This document shows, piece after piece, positions 30,823 through 40,509 of a stretch of DNA of 59,594 nt. The position numbers and the translations under genes were made by a program. The stretch is taken from positions 1-59,594 of the IMG/VR virus record IMGVR_UViG_3300030055_000360. One strand, 5' to 3'. The stretch's first letter is position 1; each line of letters opens with the position of its first letter. Under the pieces are notes generated by a model that saw only the letters and a program-made list of their open reading frames with translations, did no database searches and was not told where the DNA came from. This DNA is from a virus (lineage: Duplodnaviria > Caudoviricetes).

Positions 30823-32055
30823 TTAAACTTCTGAATAAAGAATCTTCTCTCCATCTCTTAGCAAATAAACATCGTCAGAACCATATTGATTAATATATCT
30901 AAGAACAATGACATCAACATATTTCTCATCAAGTTCCATAGTATAGCATATCCTATTAAGTTCAGCTGCAGCCATTAAAGTTGATCCACTTCCTCCAAAT
31001 AAATCTACAACTATATTATTAGGTTTACTACTATTCCTTATTCCTCTTGCACATAAAGCTAATGGTTTCATTGTTGGATGCTCAGCGTTTCTTACTGGCT
31101 TTGGTATTTCCCAAACTGTATCTTGTGTCCTATCATCAATAAAGTAATGTGCCTTTCCTTCTTTCCAGCCATATAATATAGGTTCATGTCTCCAGTGATA
31201 ATCTTGCCTTCCAATAACAAAGCTGTTCTTTACCCATATAATACATTCGGCAAGTTTAAGACCTGCTTCCCTATATGCTCTTCTAAAGTTCTCACCTTGA
31301 CAATCTGCATGGCAAACATAAATAGAAGCTCCCTCTTCCATATTCTCATAATAGTTATTGAATACTTTAGATAGGAACTCGTAAAATTCATTTTGTGACA
31401 TATTATCATTTGCAATAGTAAGTTTATCTGCAGTTGAACCTTCATAGTTTACATTGTATGGTGGATCAGTAAATACTAGATTAGCTTTGTGCCCATTCAT
31501 TAACTTTTCTACATCTTCTTTTAATGTGCTATCTCCACATAATAATCTATTATTTCCTAGCAGCCATATATCACCTCTTTTACTTATTGGCTCTTCTATA
31601 TTCTCCAGCTGCTCTTCAATATTAAAATCTTCATCTTCTTCAATTTCTTTAGGATTATATTTATCCTCTAATTGTTCTAATTCACTTAAATCAAATCCTG
31701 TAAGATCTAAGTTATAATCATCAAGTTCTAATGATTCCATTTCTTTTAGTAATGCTTCATAATTCCAAGTTGCAAATTCTGATGATTTATTGTCCATTAT
31801 CCTGAAGGCTTTAACTTGTTGCTCTGTAAGATCATCAGCTTTTATAACTGGAACAATTTCTAATCCTAAGTTCACAGCTGCTTTATATCTTGTATGGCCA
31901 GCTATAATAATATTATCTTTATCTACTATTATTGGAACCTTGAATCCAAATTCTTTAATACTTTCAGAAACTTTATCTACTGCAGCATCATTATTTCTTG
32001 GATTATTTTCATATTGAATAATTTCACTTAGTTTGATATTTTCTATTGATGTCAT
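30823..32055 (-). CDS. ParB-domain N6/N4 DNA methyltransferase
   Basis: NPR...IAGHTR ParB domain; TDPPY; HPTMKP; DLFGGSGST. Confidence 0.92.
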   Translation of the reverse strand: MTSIENIKLSEIIQYENNPRNNDAAVDKVSESIKEFGFKVPIIVDKDNIIIAGHTRYKAAVNLGLEIVPVIKADDLTEQQVKAFRIMDNKSSEFATWNYEALLKEMESLELDDYNLDLTGFDLSELEQLEDKYNPKEIEEDEDFNIEEQLENIEEPISKRGDIWLLGNNRLLCGDSTLKEDVEKLMNGHKANLVFTDPPYNVNYEGSTADKLTIANDNMSQNEFYEFLSKVFNNYYENMEEGASIYVCHADCQGENFRRAYREAGLKLAECIIWVKNSFVIGRQDYHWRHEPILYGWKEGKAHYFIDDRTQDTVWEIPKPVRNAEHPTMKPLALCARGIRNSSKPNNIVVDLFGGSGSTLMAAAELNRICYTMELDEKYVDVIVLRYINQYGSDDVYLLRDGEKILYSEV

Positions 32056-32058
32056 ATG

Positions 32059-32247
32059 TTATCTTCTCCTTTCATCGTTTGTAAAACATTCTTTTAAATC
32101 TTTATTATTAAATGGATAGTAAAATAGTTCCATTAGCTCACAATACTCTTTGCAGCCATTACATTCTGAAGGAGATCTAGCACATACAACTGCTTCATTT
32201 TTAAACTTTATATTTAATCTTAATTTTCTTCTTTTAGGTTTGTTCAT
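32059..32247 (-). CDS. Small Cys-rich hypothetical protein
   Basis: ORF with SD AGGAG; C..C..C pattern. Confidence 0.5.
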   Translation of the reverse strand: MNKPKRRKLRLNIKFKNEAVVCARSPSECNGCKEYCELMELFYYPFNNKDLKECFTNDERRR

Positions 32248-32354
32248 GTTAAATCTCCTTTCTGTATGAATTCAAAATTAGAGGGTTATTTTTTATTGCA
32301 AAAAAAGAATCCTCTTTATTAGGATTCTTTCTAATGTCACTATTAAATTCATTA

Positions 32355-33005
32355 TCATAAATAATATTTATTTTTTCTCTGTTTATATATTTTTTCTTTT
32401 TTTACTACTATTTTTTTTATTGTTTTTATATCCATGCTATATTGGTCAATATCTTTGCCAAAGCTAATAATATTATTTTTAAATACTAATATCACTATAA
32501 AAAAAGCTAAACTTATTATTAATATACCAATATATATTTTAATGTATCCGTTATTTAAAATTTCACTTAAATTTGTAAAAATTGCAGTAATTACTGTCGT
32601 AATTAAATATAATAATGCTACTATCATCAACATTAATAATATATTAAATAAGAAATAAACTATTTTAAAAAATTTATCCATTACTTTATTAGTATTATTA
32701 ATTATAGTCGGATAATTATCCCAATAATCAACTAATAATAATTTTCTTAATTTTTCTTCATCATCTTGATCTGCTACATAATATATATAACTAGGTATAC
32801 AATATTTCTTAAACTTAAATTTATTAATATATTCTATTGCATTAATATCAGGTCTAACTTTTCTCACCTCATAATACGCAAGTAATATTGTTTTAAAATA
32901 TTCATCTTGAAGTAGTTCTCCTGTTTCCTGCTGTTTATTAAAAGATGTAATGATTGCAAATATAACACTTGCTAACACAGTTATTAACGGTAAGTAATCC
33001 TTCAT
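32355..33005 (-). CDS. Membrane moron protein (~3 TM)
   Basis: Very AT-rich; hydrophobic stretches; flanked by hairpins. Confidence 0.6.
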   Translation of the reverse strand: MKDYLPLITVLASVIFAIITSFNKQQETGELLQDEYFKTILLAYYEVRKVRPDINAIEYINKFKFKKYCIPSYIYYVADQDDEEKLRKLLLVDYWDNYPTIINNTNKVMDKFFKIVYFLFNILLMLMIVALLYLITTVITAIFTNLSEILNNGYIKIYIGILIISLAFFIVILVFKNNIISFGKDIDQYSMDIKTIKKIVVKKEKIYKQRKNKYYL

Positions 33006-33125
33006 ATTTCCTCGCCCTCCTTTTATTATTTTACATTACATTGTAAAAAATAACAATAAAAGACACCTACATTTTTATAGATGCCTCTTTGAAAATGAGT
33101 TCAATAATTTATGAATGCTGCTAAT

Positions 33126-33184
33126 ATCATACTACTATATATATTCAATACATTCCATGGCATTAATTATGCACAAATCATGCA
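33126..33184 (-). promoter_or_regulatory. Putative activator-dependent late promoter
   Basis: -10 TATGAT with no good -35; TGCAT/TGCAT/TGCCA motifs at 11-bp spacing upstream. Confidence 0.45.
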
Positions 33185-33261
33185 TCAAATAAATTTGATT
33201 ATTCTTTAGAACTATGTCCTTATTGATTTCTAAATTTAATGTACCATTTTTAAAAGAATTT

Positions 33262-35070
33262 CTAATTATTTGTTAGTAAAATATGATTTAGATTCTCTAA
33301 TATACTTGTCCATTTTTCATCCAATAAATCATTCTTATCACTATATAACCATTGTCTATCCTTCTCGGCTTCATTTTGCAATTCAATAAAATAACTTCTT
33401 TTTTTATATATTTCACTAATCCAATTAATGTCATCTTTGCTAGATTGATCGTCATTCTGCTTATATACATTTATTCTAAAATTATCATATTCACTTATAG
33501 ACCATTTTAAACTGCTATATTTATCTAAAAAATCTAAATTAAATATATATTCTCTTGGAATATATTCGATTTTTCTAAAAAGTTCATCATAACTTAAGTT
33601 ATTTTCTTCAAAGTCATTATGATATTTCATAGATCTTTCCAACACTGTATATATCTCATATATATTTTCAACTGTGTTTCTATCTAATTTAGCTGATAAT
33701 ATCCTTAATGTATCTCTCCAATCTTTATAGTATACATATCCTCTTCCTATCTGCTTCCAACTTAGTATTAGTTCTACTCTTTCTTCTTTTTCCTTAATAG
33801 GAGATCCATTATAAACTGAATATATTATTAACATTTCTGAAATATCTTTAAAAATTTCCTTTAAATCATTATATATTATAAATGCACTGCTTTTTATTAT
33901 GTTTATATTCTCTTCTTCTTCTCTTTTTATTATTTTATTTTGGATGTCTCTAGTTTGTTTCACTGTAACAACTAGAACAATTACTGATGTCATTGAAACA
34001 AGTATCGCACCCCCAAATGAAGATACAAAATTAAAATAATGCTCTATCTTTAATTCGCTTCCATAATAACTATTTTTAAACAATAGCATAAGTGCCACCG
34101 AAACAATTATTATTGAAATCATGAAAATAATACCATTAAATAAAAATTTGTTTTTATTTCTTAAACTATTTTTGATTTCTATATCTTCTACTTCCCTTTC
34201 ACTTGGTTGTTTAATTTCATTGTTCTCTTTCTCAATTGATTTATTTAACACCTTGTTTATTCTCTTTACTTCTGATCTATTAATATATAATTCTTCTCCA
34301 TTTTGAAATATCATATAATAATCTTTATATTCCAAATAATCGTTAAATTCAATTTCCGCATCCTTTAAGTCTTTAGGTGTTATTTTAAATATATTTTTTT
34401 CCTGCAAAACTTTGCACATTTCTGTTAAATTTATTAATACAATAAGTATAAATAGATTACTGATCCAAAATGTTGATAACCAAATAATCTGCTCCACTGA
34501 TAATTCTAAATAATTAGTGTAAATAAACCCTGAAAAAATAATCAAATATATTTCTGCTAGACCAATAATAATAAATATATATTTTCTATATTTCTTTATC
34601 CTTTTTAATGTTATTCGTGTAATTTCTTTTTTTTCTAACTTTTCAATATATTTTTCTCTGATCCTAGAAAACAAATATATTGTACCTAATACTTGAATAA
34701 CGCATAAAATAAAAACTGTAAAGACAATTGATATTGGTATAATATTAACCAGCGAATTATTAACAATTTTCTCCACCTTATCTAAGTTCTTTTCAGTAAT
34801 AAACTTATAGAAACTAGAAATAGCAGGAATTAAAATTACAAATATAACTCCAACAACATCTAATGCTATAATGATATATAAAATAGCTTTACTCAAAATT
34901 GATATAATAGATTGATTTCCAGGATAATTCCTATATTTAGATTTTATACTTTCTATGAATATATCCTTAGCAATTTTTATAATTACGCTAATAATTGTTG
35001 CTATACTCGTTATTATTAAGCAAATATTTCTTATGTCATCTAAATTAACTAATTTTTTTTCCATGCTCAT
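33262..35070 (-). CDS. Large multi-TM moron protein with C-terminal soluble domain
   Basis: About 7 hydrophobic segments; low GC; inserted after the late activator. Confidence 0.6.
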   Translation of the reverse strand: MSMEKKLVNLDDIRNICLIITSIATIISVIIKIAKDIFIESIKSKYRNYPGNQSIISILSKAILYIIIALDVVGVIFVILIPAISSFYKFITEKNLDKVEKIVNNSLVNIIPISIVFTVFILCVIQVLGTIYLFSRIREKYIEKLEKKEITRITLKRIKKYRKYIFIIIGLAEIYLIIFSGFIYTNYLELSVEQIIWLSTFWISNLFILIVLINLTEMCKVLQEKNIFKITPKDLKDAEIEFNDYLEYKDYYMIFQNGEELYINRSEVKRINKVLNKSIEKENNEIKQPSEREVEDIEIKNSLRNKNKFLFNGIIFMISIIIVSVALMLLFKNSYYGSELKIEHYFNFVSSFGGAILVSMTSVIVLVVTVKQTRDIQNKIIKREEEENINIIKSSAFIIYNDLKEIFKDISEMLIIYSVYNGSPIKEKEERVELILSWKQIGRGYVYYKDWRDTLRILSAKLDRNTVENIYEIYTVLERSMKYHNDFEENNLSYDELFRKIEYIPREYIFNLDFLDKYSSLKWSISEYDNFRINVYKQNDDQSSKDDINWISEIYKKRSYFIELQNEAEKDRQWLYSDKNDLLDEKWTSILENLNHILLTNN

Positions 35071-35188
35071 CCTCCTTTTAATAGTATTCTACATAATTTA
35101 CAAAAAAATAGCAATAAAAGACATTTATTTATTCCATAAATGTCTTTTATAGTATGTAGAACTCACTATCATCATTAAAAAACTTAAA

Positions 35189-35776
35189 TTACGCAAAATC
35201 TCTTATAGACTCAGGAAACAATATAGTAATCAACTTATTCATTAATCTCTTTCTATTCCTAGTAACAGTACTCTGATCCTTCTCTAATTTCTCCGCAATC
35301 TTCTCATCTGTTTCTAACTTGTCTTTTTGCATATTTAAATATTTAAACTGTATAATATCATAGTACTTATCATCTCTAATTTTATTTATTGCATTCTCTA
35401 TTCTAATTAAATCCCTTTGGGTTTCTATTTTTTCCGTCTTATATTTATCTATTAATTGCAGATACCTATCTTCTGGACTTATACCCCCGCCAGATGTTTG
35501 ATACACCACAATAGATCCACTTGATTGAGGTAACCCATATTTCTCTATGTGTTTAATATCTTCGTCTTTTTGCTTTACTGCATCTTTTAGGTTTTCATAA
35601 TTGTAAAGCAGTAATTCTACTCTTTTATAAAAACTCCATTCTCTTTTAATCATATTTTGAACTTTTAATTCCTCTATAATTGCTTTAGCTGTTGCCTTAG
35701 CCGTCTTTTCAATTGTCTTATTTACATTTACAGGAGTCTTTATCTCCTTGTTTGAATTATTATTTACTTTAGACAT
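35189..35776 (-). CDS. ArpU/RinA-like late transcriptional activator
   Basis: E.LLYNY..L...II..KY...IAE.L..D.STV.RNR.RL sigma-R4-like HTH; last gene of the early region. Confidence 0.75.
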   Translation of the reverse strand: MSKVNNNSNKEIKTPVNVNKTIEKTAKATAKAIIEELKVQNMIKREWSFYKRVELLLYNYENLKDAVKQKDEDIKHIEKYGLPQSSGSIVVYQTSGGGISPEDRYLQLIDKYKTEKIETQRDLIRIENAINKIRDDKYYDIIQFKYLNMQKDKLETDEKIAEKLEKDQSTVTRNRKRLMNKLITILFPESIRDFA

Positions 35777-35882
35777 GCTTTCGTTCCTCCTTAAATATAT
35801 TGATAAAACTTTTTAAATCAAATATAATGAATATGGTGTAGGGGAGCGAAAGCTCTCTTTTTTAATTTATTTTTCTAATTCT

Positions 35883-36185
35883 TTAATATCTCTTTTCATT
35901 CAAATCATTTTTAGCTCTTCCAAAAACCATTCTGCTGCTTGTATAAATATTATTTAAAACTCTTAACATTTGCTCTATTCTATCTTTAAGAGCAGGATTC
36001 TTTTTGCTACCTAACTCAGCTTTTCTCACTTCAAAATATATCGCGCTCCATCGATCATATTGGCCAAGTGCTTCTTTATGTAATTGATAGGCTGTAGCAT
36101 AATCATTATCCTGAAGAATATTAAATCTATTTACTATTTCACTAAAACTTTTTATATCTTCATCAAAAATTATTTCATTCTCCAT
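35883..36185 (-). CDS. Hypothetical phage protein
   Basis: ORF coupled to rusA. Confidence 0.55.
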   Translation of the reverse strand: MENEIIFDEDIKSFSEIVNRFNILQDNDYATAYQLHKEALGQYDRWSAIYFEVRKAELGSKKNPALKDRIEQMLRVLNNIYTSSRMVFGRAKNDLNEKRY

Positions 36186-36577
36186 TAGATCTCCTCTAAC
36201 ATAAATTCAACTCTTTCTATTTCTTCAGTAAATCTTTTGCTTATAATTAAATCTGTTATTTGGCTATCATCTTCATATGCAATTTTATTTAAACTATCCA
36301 AAATTATCTTGGCAACATTGTCGGCATCTGGTTTCTTTTGTGGATGTTCTAATCCCTCTCTTATAGCCTGTAACCTTTTCTTTGTATAACTTTTAGGTAC
36401 TTTATAGTAAGCTATTATAGTTGCCTTTATAGAGCCTTTTAACTGCCTTCCTTTTTGCTGTTGATAACAAATCCTTACCCAGTTTTCATAATTCACGCTA
36501 TCTATAGGTGTCATAGCATGTCCATTAAATACTCTAGGTCTTGCTTTCCCTTTTATTTTTCCTTCTACTACTATCAT
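36185..36577 (-). CDS. rusA: RusA family Holliday junction resolvase
   Basis: GKARPR...KKPDADNVAK..LDSLN..AYEDDSQI. Confidence 0.92.
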   Translation of the reverse strand: MIVVEGKIKGKARPRVFNGHAMTPIDSVNYENWVRICYQQQKGRQLKGSIKATIIAYYKVPKSYTKKRLQAIREGLEHPQKKPDADNVAKIILDSLNKIAYEDDSQITDLIISKRFTEEIERVEFMLEEI

Positions 36578-36624
36578 TAAATTCTCCTTTCTTTATGTAA
36601 GTTTGTATTAAAAATTAATAGTTT

Positions 36625-36792
36625 CTATATCAAACCTTTTTCATGGGCTTTATTATATATTTCTGACTCTGAATTCATATCCATAAGATAAATCATTTTC
36701 GCTTTAAGTTTTTGTGCTGTTATATCTATGCCATCTTTCTTTAATTCATCAAGTGCCACTACTGCATATGCTATGGCCTCATAATTATCCAT
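36625..36792 (-). CDS. Small hypothetical protein (55 aa)
   Basis: ORF MDNYEAIAYAVVALDEL... with SD; not in the ORF track. Confidence 0.55.
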   Translation of the reverse strand: MDNYEAIAYAVVALDELKKDGIDITAQKLKAKMIYLMDMNSESEIYNKAHEKGLI

Positions 36793-36864
36793 ATATTCTA
36801 GCCTTCTTTCTTCATAATTATTTAGTATTACGTATAAAATCTTTTATTAAATTAAGTTACTTTT

Positions 36865-36894
36865 GAATAATATTATCTAAAACTAATCATAATA
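36865..36894 (+). promoter_or_regulatory. SigG-type (forespore) promoter
   Basis: GAATA-N18-CATAATA matches GHATR-N18-CATHHTA, ~50 bp upstream of 36946. Confidence 0.55.
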
Positions 36895-36945
36895 ATTATA
36901 GTTTCTTTAATTATCTACTCTAGAGCTATATTGAGGTGATTATAT

Positions 36946-37266
36946 ATGATGAAAAGATTTAGTATTACATTTTTTCTTTTTTTGTTTTTTTTACTTAATA
37001 CTTTTATTGTTTCTTCCTTAGCTAACACAAAACCACTTTCCCAAGGTATCTATACAAATGAACAATTAAATTTATCTCCAAATAAAATTTATAATATAAA
37101 AAACATTTCATCCACTGAATACGTTGTTATACTTATCTCTGACACTAATGAAATCGTTTATGAATCTATTCAATTAGAACCTTTATCAAAAAATTTTTCT
37201 TACCAAACTCCATTTACTAGCTATTTAGTGACTGTCATTGGTAAAGGAGAAGTTATTATATCTTAA
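36946..37266 (+). CDS. Secreted small protein (moron, paralog 1)
   Basis: Signal peptide; SQGIY....L.LSP...Y...N.S motif. Confidence 0.7.
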   Translation: MMKRFSITFFLFLFFLLNTFIVSSLANTKPLSQGIYTNEQLNLSPNKIYNIKNISSTEYVVILISDTNEIVYESIQLEPLSKNFSYQTPFTSYLVTVIGKGEVIIS

Positions 37267-37290
37267 AATATTACTTAAATCTAAAGGGAG

Positions 37291-37623
37291 GTGAGAATAT
37301 TTATGAAAAGGTTCATTTCTGCATTCTTATTTTTTTTATGTTTATTCTTTGCTAATAGCACAATATCTTATGCAGAGATACCCAAAGATGTCAGCCAAGG
37401 TATATATACAATAGATACTTTAAAGTTATCTCCCGATACTGACTATGTTGTTCAAAACAACTCTTTTAACGAACGTGCTTTACTGATTATTTATGACTCT
37501 AAGCCAAATCTAATTCAACTCATACGCTTGACACCGCAATCAAAAAAGCAGAATTTAATACCTCTCAAAAATGACTATACAATTATTATACTAGGTAACG
37601 GAATCTTAAATTTTTCTGAATAG
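37291..37623 (+). CDS. Secreted small protein (moron, paralog 2)
   Basis: Signal peptide; same SQGIY...LSP...Q.I.L.P.S...Y...I.G.G pattern. Confidence 0.7.
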   Translation: MRIFMKRFISAFLFFLCLFFANSTISYAEIPKDVSQGIYTIDTLKLSPDTDYVVQNNSFNERALLIIYDSKPNLIQLIRLTPQSKKQNLIPLKNDYTIIILGNGILNFSE

Positions 37624-37789
37624 GCACTTGGTTAGCGCCTATTCATCATCTTATTACTACACAATTTCTACACATTCTGCACTACTTATAATTTATACAC
37701 TTAGGGGATTTCTCCCCCATATTTAAACTTGCAGTTTCAACCTTAACAATCTGTAATCCCTGTTCGTTAATACTGCAAGATTTTGACTT

Positions 37790-38002
37790 TTAATACCACT
37801 CAACTTCATTTCTTATTCTGTAAACTCTTATCCAGCTTTTATTCTTAAATGAAACTTTAATAGCTGTCCTCCTATCTGAATCTTTAGGAAGTTCTATATC
37901 TTCATCAAGTGGCTCATACCCAATAATCGTTTTTCTAAATTCATTACTTGATAATGCGTAATATTCTTTAAAGATATCATGCATTGCTAATCCAATATCC
38001 AT
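37790..38002 (-). CDS. Hypothetical phage protein
   Basis: ORF with SD AGGAGG. Confidence 0.55.
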   Translation of the reverse strand: MDIGLAMHDIFKEYYALSSNEFRKTIIGYEPLDEDIELPKDSDRRTAIKVSFKNKSWIRVYRIRNEVEWY

Positions 38003-38139
38003 TATTTATTACGCCTCCTTTGAACTTTCTTCATATTTTCAAAGCTATAGCTTTTAGCTTGTCTTTCTCCTTCAGCTCTACGCTTTCTTGTTACAGCTAT
38101 ATCCTTTACCGTTTTATCTCTCCATTCTTGTGGTGTCAT
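38002..38139 (-). CDS. Small basic protein (45 aa)
   Basis: ORF MTPQEWRDK... coupled to both neighbours; not in the ORF track. Confidence 0.5.
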   Translation of the reverse strand: MTPQEWRDKTVKDIAVTRKRRAEGERQAKSYSFENMKKVQRRRNK

Positions 38140-38925
38140 TTATATCACCCCTGCTTTTCTAACATTCTTATAATAAAATGCTGTATGTTTATCATCCCAA
38201 ATCACATTGATCGTTTCACCATTGTTGTAAATGCTATAAATCTTTCCTACTTGAGGACCATCATAATTAAATTCAACTCTATCGCCAACTTCAAGATTTA
38301 CTATTTCTTCCGCCTCATTGTTCTCTGATCTAAAGCTTTCGTTCATACTTTTTGTGGTACTTATATTCATTTCAGTAATTTTATTAGCCAAATTCGTATC
38401 TTCTTTAGCCATTTCTGTAACAAAAAGCTCACTATCGTGATATATAGGTTTTTGCAGATATTCAAGAACCCATCCTCTAGGATTAATAATAATTGATTTC
38501 CCAGGAAATGGAACTATAATATTTGCATCACCTTTACGCTTAATATAGCTTTCAACGTGCATGTCCTTTAATTTTTTAAGCTGCAGATCATTAACTTCTT
38601 TATCTTTATTTACAACTAAAATTTCATCTGCAGGCATCAGCTCCAGGTCTTTTTTCAACTCCAATTCATTTATACCAGCTGAATTAAAATATAATGTCTT
38701 ATCCTCAATTTCCACTAATAACGCTCTGCATACTCGTTTAACGATTCTTGCTGCAGTTAAACTATATCGATTAATGATTTCATTAAATTTATCTTCATAA
38801 TTATCTTTAGGTTTAACTTTAACTAAATGATTTAATTCTTTTTTAGGTTCTTCTGGCTGCGTAAATTCTAAATCGAATATACTAATTTGACCTTCGAAAA
38901 TATCATTCTTATTATTCTTAATCAT
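38140..38925 (-). CDS. Hypothetical early protein with QISIFD (clamp-binding-like) motif and C-terminal SH3/KOW-like domain
   Basis: EGQISIFDL; LEVGDRVEF. Confidence 0.55.
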   Translation of the reverse strand: MIKNNKNDIFEGQISIFDLEFTQPEEPKKELNHLVKVKPKDNYEDKFNEIINRYSLTAARIVKRVCRALLVEIEDKTLYFNSAGINELELKKDLELMPADEILVVNKDKEVNDLQLKKLKDMHVESYIKRKGDANIIVPFPGKSIIINPRGWVLEYLQKPIYHDSELFVTEMAKEDTNLANKITEMNISTTKSMNESFRSENNEAEEIVNLEVGDRVEFNYDGPQVGKIYSIYNNGETINVIWDDKHTAFYYKNVRKAGVI

Positions 38926-39778
38926 GATCCCACCCCAATAACTTTCTCTCTAAATCGTCATAGTCATATTCCCTAGCCTCAAAGTTATTGAATTTTAAAA
39001 CTTTAACATTATCTTTGTTGTAAGTAGGAACATAATTCTTGCCTTTCTCTTTCCAATTCTCTAAAACTCTTTGGACATATTTTAAATTTCTAGCTCCATT
39101 AGTAGTAGCAATTTCAAGTGCCTCTTTAGTCCATTCAAAACTAAAATCATTAACCATTGATTCTAATTGCTCTTTAGTAAAATTATTGATAGTACCAAAA
39201 CCACAATTCTCATAAATCAAAAATATATTATTATCTACTTTACTTTCATTTACTTTATTTTTATTTACTTTACTTTTCTTTGTGTCATTAATCTCAGATT
39301 TATTGGAGTTATTCTCGGATTTATTCGAGTTAATCTCAGATTTATCGGTTTTTAGGTTCACTTTAATAAAGCTTTGTGTCTCATTTTTTTCTAAAAGCCA
39401 AAACTTTGTGATTTCCACAGTTCTTTTTGAAGCTCTAGTTTTAATAGCTTCTTGAAATCTGCGCTGTATTCCGACGGAGGTTAAGACCTTGTCCGACTTG
39501 AAAAGTGTATCGTTAAACAGTGACCGTTCAAGTAAGAAGTTCATAATCTGCCTAATCTTCTCATAACTCATGTTTAAATCGTCTGATATGATATATAGAA
39601 AATCATCATCAGTTTCTAAATAATATCCATTGTTTTTATATATTTCACATAATAGATACATGTATAATGTAATCCCATCTGCTCCATATCGTGATTTTAA
39701 AATTTTGATTTTTTTATCTGAGAAAAAATCTACATCAAAAGGAAAGTAAGATAAGCCTTCTTTTACTGGTCTTGCCAT
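38918..39778 (-). CDS. Replication initiator (DUF4373 N-terminus, DnaD-like C-terminus)
   Basis: MARP.K.GL.YFPFDVDFF.D.K; LTS.GIQRRF; A...GARNLKYV..VL.NW. Confidence 0.88.
   Translation of the reverse strand: MARPVKEGLSYFPFDVDFFSDKKIKILKSRYGADGITLYMYLLCEIYKNNGYYLETDDDFLYIISDDLNMSYEKIRQIMNFLLERSLFNDTLFKSDKVLTSVGIQRRFQEAIKTRASKRTVEITKFWLLEKNETQSFIKVNLKTDKSEINSNKSENNSNKSEINDTKKSKVNKNKVNESKVDNNIFLIYENCGFGTINNFTKEQLESMVNDFSFEWTKEALEIATTNGARNLKYVQRVLENWKEKGKNYVPTYNKDNVKVLKFNNFEAREYDYDDLERKLLGWDHD
39249..39551. repeat. Putative phage replication origin inside the initiator gene (three 21-bp iterons plus AT-rich repeats); copy A of a ~300 bp repeat
   Basis: AATCTCAGATTTATTGGAGTT-like units at 39290, 39311 and 39332; TACTT/TATTT periodic tract; the segment recurs at 46184-46484. 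Confidence 0.75.
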
Positions 39779-39801
39779 AAGCCCACCACCTTATTATCCT
39801 T

Positions 39802-40509
39802 TTAAGTTATTATTAATCCTGGTTCTGCTACATTTGTTTTAATACCTGTGAGATTCTCGATCTCCTCTTTAAACCTTTCAGGTTCTCCATTATCATTACT
39901 TATATGAATTAGTGTTATATCTTTTGTTTTGCATAATTCCCACGTTTTAAGCGTTTCTTTTAATGTCTCCAAGTTCATATGGCTTTTAATTGTTCTAGCC
40001 CTCCACGCGGGCAACTGTGGCAATATATCCTCTGAATAATTACATTCTATTAAAATATGATCTACATCCTTAAATGTAGCTTTTAAATAATAAGTATCTG
40101 TTGCAAATACTATCTTCCCTATCTTAGGATGATATATTAAAAATCCTAAAGGCTCATTTACATCATGTTGCACATCAAATGGAATTATTGTAAACCCAGC
40201 TATATGTTTAGGTATCTTATGCCTTAAATAGTTGAATCTATAGCTATATCTCTCATCTAAAAATTCAATTCCTTTAGCTGTTCCTTCACTCATATAAACA
40301 TCAATGCCAGCTGCTACTATATTATTTATAGATTTACAATGGTCCTTATGTTCATGTGTAACCAAACATCCTTTTACTTTACTTAAATCAAAATCCAATC
40401 CTTGCTTAATTTCTTTAATATTTATTCCACATTCAAGCAAGAGAATGTCTTCTCCTGCTTGAATAATGTAACAATTTCCTGTGCTTCCTGAGGCTAATAC
40501 CTTAATCAT
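39802..40509 (-). CDS. MBL-fold metallohydrolase (phage recombination nuclease)
   Basis: LASGSTGNCY; THEHKDH; HD; ATDT; IECNY; HIS. Confidence 0.9.
   Translation of the reverse strand: MIKVLASGSTGNCYIIQAGEDILLLECGINIKEIKQGLDFDLSKVKGCLVTHEHKDHCKSINNIVAAGIDVYMSEGTAKGIEFLDERYSYRFNYLRHKIPKHIAGFTIIPFDVQHDVNEPLGFLIYHPKIGKIVFATDTYYLKATFKDVDHILIECNYSEDILPQLPAWRARTIKSHMNLETLKETLKTWELCKTKDITLIHISNDNGEPERFKEEIENLTGIKTNVAEPGLIIT

Noticed and set aside
39290-39352. 21-bp tandem repeats as a mini-CRISPR array
   Set aside because: The repeats are contiguous without unique spacers, lie in-frame in the initiator gene, and no cas genes are present; iterons explain them better.
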